Part shown: one piece after another, positions 57,103 to 64,000 of the stretch
Numbering within the stretch: position 1 is the first letter of the stretch
Layout: each line of letters starts with the position of its first letter
Assembly (NCBI GenBank): GCA_963727525.1
Contig: CAVSGO010000007.1
Location: 608,001-672,000, forward strand
Source of the DNA: an uncultured bacterium
GTDB lineage: Bacteria; Krumholzibacteriota; Krumholzibacteriia; LZORAL124-64-63
Direction of reading: 5' to 3'
Length of the DNA: 64,000 bases
Position numbers and translations under genes: made by a program
The notes under the pieces: generated by a model
What the model was told of the DNA's origin: nothing
Database searches by the model: none
The model's input: the letters and a program-made list of their open reading frames with translations, nothing else

Positions 57103-58855
57103 TCTGCTACGCGTGCAGGGGTTGACGGTGCAGTACGCCGGCAGCGACGTGCCGGCCCTGGATGCATGCGACCTGCAGATCGCGGCCGGCGGGACGCTCG
57201 CCGTGGTCGGCCCCTCGGGCAGCGGCAAGACGACGCTGGCTCGCGCCCTCCTCGGTCTGTTGCCGCGCGGCGCGGTGCGGGCGGGCACGCTCACGTGGCG
57301 CGGCCACGAGCTGGGCGACGAGGACCTCTGGCGGCGGCTGCGCGGCCTGGAGATCGGGCTCGTGCTCCAGGATCCGCAAACCGCGCTCAATCCCGTCCTC
57401 ACGGTGGGCGAGCAGATCGCCGCGCCGCTGCGCGCCCACCAGAAACTCGCGCCTGCGGCGGCGGCCCGACGGACCGAGGCGCTCATGGCCGAGGTGCGGT
57501 TGCCCGACCCGGCGCGGCTCGCGCGCTGCTACCCCCATGAGCTGAGTGGCGGCATGCGGCAGCGCGTGGGGGTGGCCGCGGCGCTGGCGGCATCGCCGTC
57601 CCTGCTGGTGGCCGACGAGCCGACCGCGGCGCTGGACGTGTCGACGCAGCGCGAGATCCTCAACCTGCTGCGCTCGCTGCAACGGACGCGGCGGCTCGCA
57701 CTGATCTTTGTCACGCACGACCTCGCGATCGTTCCGCTGGTCGCCGACCGCGTGCTCGTCCTCGCCGAGGGCGTGGTGGTCGAGGAGGGTTCGGTCGCGA
57801 ACGTGATGGCTGCGCCGAGGCACGCCGTCACGCGCGCCCTCGTCGGCGCCGTGCCGCCGGATCGTGCGTCGGCGGAATCGACCCTGCCCGTGCTCGCGGC
57901 GCGAGGCATCGGTGTCACGCTCACGGGGCCGCGTGGTCGGCGGCAGACCGTCGTCACCGATGTCGATCTCGATCTCGTCCCCGGTCAGACACTCGGCCTG
58001 GCCGGAGAATCGGGCTGTGGCAAGACGACGCTGGCGCGTGCGCTCGTGCGCCTCGTGCCGGCTACCGGTTCGTTGCGTTTGGCCAACCACGACCTCTTCG
58101 CGGCGCGCGGCGCGGCGCTGCGCCGGCTGCGTCGCGGCGTTCAACTCGTCTTCCAGGATCCGGCGGCCGCGCTCGATCCGCGGCAGACGGTATTCGATGC
58201 GCTGAGCGACGCGTCGACCGCCTCGGGGCGTCATGGCGAGACGGCTTGGCGGGCGGCGGCGAACCTGTTGGCCGAGGTCGACCTGCCCATCTCGGTGGGG
58301 CGCAGCTATCCCCACGAACTGTCAGGTGGGCAACAGCGCCGCGTCGTCCTGGCGCGCGCCCTGGCCGCGGAACCGTACGTGATCATCGCCGACGAGCCGA
58401 CGACCTCCCTCGATCCGCCCACCCAGGTGCACGTGCTCGAGACGCTGCACGACCTGCAGGCGCGGCGCGGTCTCGCCATTCTCCTGATCTCGCACGATCT
58501 GGGCTTGCTGATGCGGGTGTGCCACCGCGTGGCCGTGATGTTCGCCGGCCGTATCGTCGAGGTCCTGCCTACGACGGGGGGAGGGGAGGCGATGCATCCC
58601 TGCACACGCGACCTGCTCGCCGCCTCGCCGACGGCGCCTCGCGACCTGCAGGAACCCCGGAATGGCGTGCCTCCGCCGCCCGTGGACCCGGTCGCGGCCG
58701 CGCGCCATGGATGCCCCTACGCGGTGCGTTGTCGGCAGCGGCAACCGTCGTGTCTGCAAGCGATTCCCGACCTCCTGCCGGTAGGCTCGGGGCACTTTGT
58801 CCGCTGCCCCATCGTCGCAGGGCCCGTGCAAGAGCAATACATTGACACGGTATAG
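57089..58855 (+). CDS. Fused double ABC ATPase (DppD-DppF-like) with C-terminal Cys cluster
   Basis: GPSGSGKT, YPHELSGGMRQR, ADEPT; second domain GESGCGKT, YPHELSGGQQRR, ADEPT; tail GCPYAVRC..C..C. Confidence 0.93.
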   Translation: MVPADLLRVQGLTVQYAGSDVPALDACDLQIAAGGTLAVVGPSGSGKTTLARALLGLLPRGAVRAGTLTWRGHELGDEDLWRRLRGLEIGLVLQDPQTALNPVLTVGEQIAAPLRAHQKLAPAAAARRTEALMAEVRLPDPARLARCYPHELSGGMRQRVGVAAALAASPSLLVADEPTAALDVSTQREILNLLRSLQRTRRLALIFVTHDLAIVPLVADRVLVLAEGVVVEEGSVANVMAAPRHAVTRALVGAVPPDRASAESTLPVLAARGIGVTLTGPRGRRQTVVTDVDLDLVPGQTLGLAGESGCGKTTLARALVRLVPATGSLRLANHDLFAARGAALRRLRRGVQLVFQDPAAALDPRQTVFDALSDASTASGRHGETAWRAAANLLAEVDLPISVGRSYPHELSGGQQRRVVLARALAAEPYVIIADEPTTSLDPPTQVHVLETLHDLQARRGLAILLISHDLGLLMRVCHRVAVMFAGRIVEVLPTTGGGEAMHPCTRDLLAASPTAPRDLQEPRNGVPPPPVDPVAAARHGCPYAVRCRQRQPSCLQAIPDLLPVGSGHFVRCPIVAGPVQEQYIDTV

Positions 58856-58870
58856 GCCAATCTCTATATT
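58842..58870 (+). promoter_or_regulatory. Near-consensus sigma70 promoter TTGACA-N17-TATATT for the TBDR operon
   Basis: Perfect -35 and 17-nt spacer; overlaps the last codons and stop of the ABC ATPase. Confidence 0.8.
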
Positions 58871-59058
58871 CAAGCACCAGTTGCAAGTATGGACGCTGGC
58901 CGGGAGTTCCGCGCTTTGCGAGTTGCAGGATGACCGGATTGAAGGTTCCCCACACAACGCCAGGCTGAAGGTCGGTGCCTGAGATCATTCAAGTCTTTCG
59001 CGGGTCCGCCCGGTACACCGTCGTGACCGAGGCGGGTTCGTTCGAAAGGAGCCACAGC

Positions 59059-62000
59059 ATGCTCCGGCGTTTCCGTGTCCTGCGGATGCTCGTCGTGTTG
59101 AGTCTAGTGGGGCTGGTCGTTGCCGGCGTCCCATCGCGCGTCTGGGCCCAGGGTGCTCCGGCGATGATCAAGGGAACCGTCGTCGATGGCGAGAGCGGAG
59201 AACTGCTCGACTACGCCAACGTCGTCATCAAGGGGACGACGCGTGGCACCATGTCGCTGGGCGGTGGCGCGTTCTACTTCCGCGACATTCCCGCCGGCAC
59301 CTACACCATCCAGATCCTCTACCTAGGCTACGAGCCGGCCGAGCGGACCGTGACCGTGGCGCCGGGCGAGACCAAGACGCTCGAGTTCCGGATGAAGGTG
59401 ACCATCGTCGAGACCCTCGGCGAGTTCGAGGTCGACGCTGCCAGCTACATGGTCGACGTGAAGGGTATGAAGACCAGCCACGACATCGGCGCGGAGAAAT
59501 TCGAGCAGTTCGCGATCGACTCCGTGGAGGACGCTCTGGCGCGCCAGGCCGGTATCGTGATGCGCGCCGGCCAGCTCTACGTGCGCGGCGGCCGCTCGGG
59601 CGAGGTCCAGACCCAGATCGACGGCGTGTCGGTGGACAACCCCATCGGTGGCGGGACGCTTTCGGTGTCGACCCTCGCCGTCGAGAACGTCCAGGCCGTG
59701 ACCGGCGGTCTCGACGCCGAGTACGGCAACGCGCTCTCCGGCGTCGTGAACATCACCACCAAGACCGGTAGCCGCGAGAAGTTCGAGGGCGGTCTGCGCT
59801 TCCTGACCGACGACTTCGGTCGCCAGGACCGCACCTACACCAACTTCGACCGCTTCGAGTACGGCTTCGGCGGCCCGTCGCCCGTGAAGAACCTCACCTA
59901 TTACGTGTCGGGCGACCTCGTCTGGTCGGACAACGAGAACTTCTCGGTGGCCAACCGTCCCGAGTACTCCATCAATTTCGGCGACAAGAACCTCTTCACG
60001 CTGCGTCGCCGTCAGGCCAACAGTGTGCGTGGGTCGGCGAAGCTGGCCTACTACTTCGACGACAAGAGCAAGAAGCTCCTTACCGCGGAATACACGTACT
60101 CGGCGTCGTGGGATCAGTACTACTCGCCGAACTGGAGCGTCGAAGGTTACGTCCAGAAGCTGATCTACATGCCGCAGGTCATCTCGTTGAGCCGATTCGG
60201 GGGCGACAATGCGGACACGTACCTGTACACGGGCTCGCAGATCCCGGTGTACTACGGTCCCTGGTACGATCAGATGCTGGCGACGGCGCGTCCGGCCGTG
60301 GTGCTCGATTCCCACAACTCCAGCGCCACCCGGCATACCGTGCCGATCATGCAGGTACGTTCGGCCGCGTCCGGCGACGTCTTCACTGTCGCGGCCCAGC
60401 CGTCGTTCGAGGGTTTTCGCTATCCGTATTCGCAGTTCTCGAACGTGGCCGAGGATTCCTCGTACGTATACTTCAATTCGGCCAATAACGACCGCCAGAA
60501 CACGAAGCTCAGCCAGAGCGCCAAGCTGGTCTGGCGCCACAGCCTGAGCGAGGATACATTCTACACGGTGCGCCTGGCGCTCGTGGCGTTCGACACGCAT
60601 GTCGACGTCAATGGCAAGGATCCTTACCAGTACAGTCACGGCGGCATCTACTCTCCGGGGTTGTTCTCGGGACAGACGACGATCTACACCACCGCGAACG
60701 ACTACTACACCGACCGGCTGAATCCGCTGTATGTGACCACAAGCGACTACCCGCGCTGGGAAGAACAGTACAGCCGCACCTATCAGCTCAAGTTCGACCT
60801 GACGAGCAGCCGGTGGAAGGGACACCTGGCGCGAACCGGTCTGCTCTTCGTCTACAACGATCTGGCCGAGACGTCGCTGAGCTCGCCGGCCATCGAGTCG
60901 CGCGACCGCTACACGCTCGAGTACCAGCTCGGTGCGAACCGCAACGTGTTCCATACGTACAATCCCGAGGCCTCGTGGTACATCCAGGACCGCTGGGAAT
61001 ACGAGGGCATGGTGGTCAACTACGGATTCCGCTGGGACATGTTCTCGCCGGGGTCGGCGGCCGAGATCCTCCTGCGGAACAACGACGTCGACCGCAACGT
61101 GGTGAAGTACAAGACGCAGTTCTCGCCGCGCCTGGGCTTCGCGTTCCCGATCACGGAGCGTGACGGCTTCAGCTTCTTCTACGGCCGCTTCATCCAGTTC
61201 CCCGATCGCGCGAATCTCTTCGCGAGCCAGCAGGTGGTGGGCAATCAGGGCACCCTGGGCAACCCCAATCTCAACGCCGAGACGACCATGACCTACCAGG
61301 CCGCCATCCAGCACCAGTTCACCGACTACCTGGCCGGTTCGTTCGCCATCTACTCGAAGGACATCTACGACCTGATCTCGGCGACGCAGGTCACCGACAG
61401 CGAGACCGGCAACACGCTGTACCGGTACATCAACAAGGCCTACGCCTCGGCGCGCGGTGTCGAGCTGTCGCTGAACAAACGGTTCAGCGACAGCTTCAGC
61501 TTCGACGTGGCGTACACCTTCGCGTATGCCGACGGCGTGGCGTCGTCCACGGAGTTCGGTACCAATTCCGAGGGTCTCGCCTACCTGCCGAGCCAGGAGC
61601 TGCCGCTGGACTGGGATGTCCGCCATGCGATCAACGTGGGTCTCTACCTCGCGGAACCTGGCTCGTGGTCAGGTTCCGTGGACATGGCCTACAATAGCGG
61701 CTTCCCCTGGACGCCGAACGACCGCTTCGCCAAGCGCCAGGATCCCTTACTCGAGAACAGCAAGCGTTTGCCGTCGACGTTCAACGTCAACATCCAGTTC
61801 CGCCGCGAGCTGAATGTCTACGGGCAGCACCTCACCCTGGAACTCCAGGGGCTCAACCTGCTCAACGAGGATGAGCCACAGGCCCCGGGGCAGAACATCC
61901 TCCCCGGCCTGCAGAACGCCACGTCCGCGTATTACTCTTACTTGACGGAAACGGGCAAGTTCGGCGGCGCATTCCTGCAGGACCAGAACGGCGACACGTT

Positions 62001-62082
62001 CAACGAATTCATTCCGATCAACGATCCCCGGGTGTTTGGGGCGCATCGCCTGTTCCGGGTCGGACTCGGGTGGAAGTTCTAG
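59059..62082 (+). CDS. TonB-dependent receptor with N-terminal carboxypeptidase-regulatory-like domain
   Basis: Signal peptide; IKGTVVDGESGELLDYANVVIKGT; plug YVRGGRSGE..IDGV, TGGLDAEYGNALSGVVNITTK; FSPRLGFAFPI, GNPNL; C-terminal RVGLGWKF. ATG at 59059 after AAGGAG. Confidence 0.93.
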   Translation: MLRRFRVLRMLVVLSLVGLVVAGVPSRVWAQGAPAMIKGTVVDGESGELLDYANVVIKGTTRGTMSLGGGAFYFRDIPAGTYTIQILYLGYEPAERTVTVAPGETKTLEFRMKVTIVETLGEFEVDAASYMVDVKGMKTSHDIGAEKFEQFAIDSVEDALARQAGIVMRAGQLYVRGGRSGEVQTQIDGVSVDNPIGGGTLSVSTLAVENVQAVTGGLDAEYGNALSGVVNITTKTGSREKFEGGLRFLTDDFGRQDRTYTNFDRFEYGFGGPSPVKNLTYYVSGDLVWSDNENFSVANRPEYSINFGDKNLFTLRRRQANSVRGSAKLAYYFDDKSKKLLTAEYTYSASWDQYYSPNWSVEGYVQKLIYMPQVISLSRFGGDNADTYLYTGSQIPVYYGPWYDQMLATARPAVVLDSHNSSATRHTVPIMQVRSAASGDVFTVAAQPSFEGFRYPYSQFSNVAEDSSYVYFNSANNDRQNTKLSQSAKLVWRHSLSEDTFYTVRLALVAFDTHVDVNGKDPYQYSHGGIYSPGLFSGQTTIYTTANDYYTDRLNPLYVTTSDYPRWEEQYSRTYQLKFDLTSSRWKGHLARTGLLFVYNDLAETSLSSPAIESRDRYTLEYQLGANRNVFHTYNPEASWYIQDRWEYEGMVVNYGFRWDMFSPGSAAEILLRNNDVDRNVVKYKTQFSPRLGFAFPITERDGFSFFYGRFIQFPDRANLFASQQVVGNQGTLGNPNLNAETTMTYQAAIQHQFTDYLAGSFAIYSKDIYDLISATQVTDSETGNTLYRYINKAYASARGVELSLNKRFSDSFSFDVAYTFAYADGVASSTEFGTNSEGLAYLPSQELPLDWDVRHAINVGLYLAEPGSWSGSVDMAYNSGFPWTPNDRFAKRQDPLLENSKRLPSTFNVNIQFRRELNVYGQHLTLELQGLNLLNEDEPQAPGQNILPGLQNATSAYYSYLTETGKFGGAFLQDQNGDTFNEFIPINDPRVFGAHRLFRVGLGWKF

Positions 62083-62132
62083 TTTTCCGCTGCCGGCGGG
62101 CCGTCCCGTCGGTGGGCAGGAGAGGAACGACG

Positions 62133-64000
62133 ATGAGATTGAGCTGCAGCAGGGACACACGCCGACCAGGGATGAGTCTCGTCTCGGCCATCGCCCTCTT
62201 CGCGATCATGGTGAGCGCGGCCTCGGCCTTTGCCTGGAAAGATCCCGATACGTTCGGTGGCGGGCCGTACGATCCCCATAGCGCGCTGGTGACGCACGGC
62301 GAGTACGTCATGAACGTGGGCAACCTCCAGATCAACATCACCAACTGGGGATTGATCGGTTCCTACCCTGGCTCGGGGTACACTTTCTCGGACGCACCGT
62401 CGGCACAATGGCCGGCCGGTAGCGGCAACGAGTACCTGTTCGCCGCAGGTATCTGGATCGGCGGTGTCTTGCTGGGGCAGACGGTGGTCTCGACGGGCCA
62501 GTACCAGCAGGAGATCACGGCGCGCGGCGAGGTCGCGGAGGATACGATCTACGAGGCCAAGGCCGCGCAACTCGTCCGGCCGGCCGGGAACTCGATTGCC
62601 AGCGGCCGCCGCTTTCCCGAACCCGACTCCAATGACGACGGGGACACATTCCCGTCGCCACCGTACGCCTCGGGCGTCCCGCTGGTCGACGAGGAAGTGC
62701 TCAACGGCTACGACGACGACGGTGATGGCCTGATCGATGAGGATTTCGCGCAGATCGGCAACCAGATGTTCGTGACCACGGAGTACGACAACACGCGGCT
62801 TGCCCAGCAGCGGTACCCGGATCACACGCCGATGAATCTGGAAGTGATCCAGTCGACCTACGCCTGGGAGAGCGATCTGGCGGACAACTTCGTGGGATTC
62901 AGCTACGCCATCGCGAATATCGGCGTAACCACGATAAGCAACGTCTACATCGGATTCTTCGCCGATGCCGACATCGGCCCGCGCAGCGGAACGAACGTCG
63001 CGTCCGATGACATGGTGGGCTCCTACTCCGGACCCGTGCGTGCGTCGGATGGGTCCTGGGTACCCGTCGAGGTCGGCTACATGTACGATGCCGCGGAGAA
63101 CAACCGCCTCGACGGCTACTTCGGCATCGCGTTCCTCGGACACGACACCGACCCCTCCGGCCTCCACGCGCCGAAGCGTGTGCAGCTCCGGTCGTTCCAG
63201 CGGTTCTCAGGCTCCTCGAGCTTCCAGCAAGGCGGCGATCCGACCAACGACAACGAGCGCTACGAACTGCTCAGCCGCCAGGAGCGCGATCAGAACTCGC
63301 CCCCGGGCAAGGCCGACGACTACCGGTTCCTCGTCTCTGGCGGTCCATTCGAGACCCTTGCGCCTCAGGATACGTTGCACTTCGACGTGGCCATGGCCGT
63401 GGGGCCGGGGCTCAATGGGCTCCTTTCCGTCTGTGCGGAGGCCACGCTCACGTATTTCGGCAACTACTTCGATCAGATCACCTCGGCGACCAATCATCAG
63501 GACGAACAGTTCAATCCCGGCATGAACGGGCGGGAGGCGCGGGTTTGTCGTGACGACTTCGTGCCGCCCGAGGCCTTCGATCAGATCCGTCCGGACTTTG
63601 GCGACACGTCGTGCGTGTCGCAGAGCTATCTGCTTGCGCAGCCCGCGCTGTCGAGCGCGGAGGTCTTCTCCTACATCGATCCGCTCGGCCATCGCAAAGA
63701 CTGCGCCTACGTCAACCTCGACAACTGTTTCGAGTGCTATCGCCAGAAGCCCCATACCCTGGGACAGTCGGCCGAAGATGCCCGGTGCACCCAGGCCGAT
63801 GTCGAGCAGTACTGGGATTGCAACCAGTCGGACCACGGTCCCGGTTGCACGGGCGTCGACGGCAACGAGACGCAGGTGAAGTGGCTGGTCGGCATGGCGC
63901 CGCCTCCGCCGGGGATGCGTGTCTGGCCCACCGACGACACCGTGCACGTGTACTGGGATGATCTGAGCGAGAATACGCCGGACGTTCGCCTCAACTTGAT
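62133..64000 (+). CDS. Large secreted protein downstream of TBDR (putative T9SS cargo), 3'-truncated; absent from supplied ORF track
   Basis: Manual translation from ATG 62133 (AGGAGAGG RBS): MRLSCSRDTRRPGMSLVSAIALFAIMVSAASAFAWKDP...VGNLQINITNWGLIG...SAQWPAGSGNEYLFAAGIWIG...YDDDGDGLIDEDF...YIGFFADADIG...DYRFLVSGGPF...APPPPGMRVWPTDDTVHVYWDD. No stop seen before the window end. Confidence 0.85.
   Translation, partial: MRLSCSRDTRRPGMSLVSAIALFAIMVSAASAFAWKDPDTFGGGPYDPHSALVTHGEYVMNVGNLQINITNWGLIGSYPGSGYTFSDAPSAQWPAGSGNEYLFAAGIWIGGVLLGQTVVSTGQYQQEITARGEVAEDTIYEAKAAQLVRPAGNSIASGRRFPEPDSNDDGDTFPSPPYASGVPLVDEEVLNGYDDDGDGLIDEDFAQIGNQMFVTTEYDNTRLAQQRYPDHTPMNLEVIQSTYAWESDLADNFVGFSYAIANIGVTTISNVYIGFFADADIGPRSGTNVASDDMVGSYSGPVRASDGSWVPVEVGYMYDAAENNRLDGYFGIAFLGHDTDPSGLHAPKRVQLRSFQRFSGSSSFQQGGDPTNDNERYELLSRQERDQNSPPGKADDYRFLVSGGPFETLAPQDTLHFDVAMAVGPGLNGLLSVCAEATLTYFGNYFDQITSATNHQDEQFNPGMNGREARVCRDDFVPPEAFDQIRPDFGDTSCVSQSYLLAQPALSSAEVFSYIDPLGHRKDCAYVNLDNCFECYRQKPHTLGQSAEDARCTQADVEQYWDCNQSDHGPGCTGVDGNETQVKWLVGMAPPPPGMRVWPTDDTVHVYWDDLSENTPDVRLNL

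Noticed and set aside
58877-59058. Cobalamin or TPP riboswitch before the TBDR
   Set aside because: GGTGCCTGAGA resembles part of TPP, but the downstream ACCTGA and AGGGA elements are missing; no B12-box elements.

Overview
High-GC bacterial chromosome segment. Gene content (SprA-like T9SS translocon, FCB-type TonB receptor module, split gcvPA/gcvPB) together with E. coli-like sigma70 promoters suggests a non-Bacteroidota FCB-related lineage such as Krumholzibacteriota/Latescibacterota; this placement is inference only. Order: 5'-truncated sprA, M28/glutaminyl-cyclase-like gene, then rimP-nusA-L7Ae-infB-[rbfA fused to DHH phosphoesterase]-truB-ribF. A ~13 kb surface-glycan cluster (SLBB exporter, wzz, wzy, wzx, 3 GT4, GNAT, DegT, PglC-like, cysC) with a low-GC core splits ribF from rpsO-pnp-M16 peptidase. 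Next come a TPR/Zn-ribbon membrane protein plus DUF4388 pair, Trk/Ktr K+ uptake, a MotB-like lipoprotein, a cysteine desulfurase-like gene, SPOR lipoprotein, cyclophilin, uvrA, gcvT-H-PA-PB-lipoate ligase, a lipoprotein plus beta-barrel pair, a peptide ABC transporter without binding protein, and a TonB-dependent receptor followed by a large secreted partner ORF missing from the ORF track (runs off the window end). Best leads: the TBDR + partner cassette, the RbfA-DHH fusion, sprA coupled to a glutaminyl-cyclase-like gene with Gln at +1 of several exported proteins, tandem O-glycosylation-like sequons in SprA, and a perfect 32-bp inverted repeat that supplies -35 boxes to two divergent promoters. 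No tRNA, rRNA, CRISPR array, transposase or integrase was seen. All family assignments are from motif recognition by eye, not database searches.
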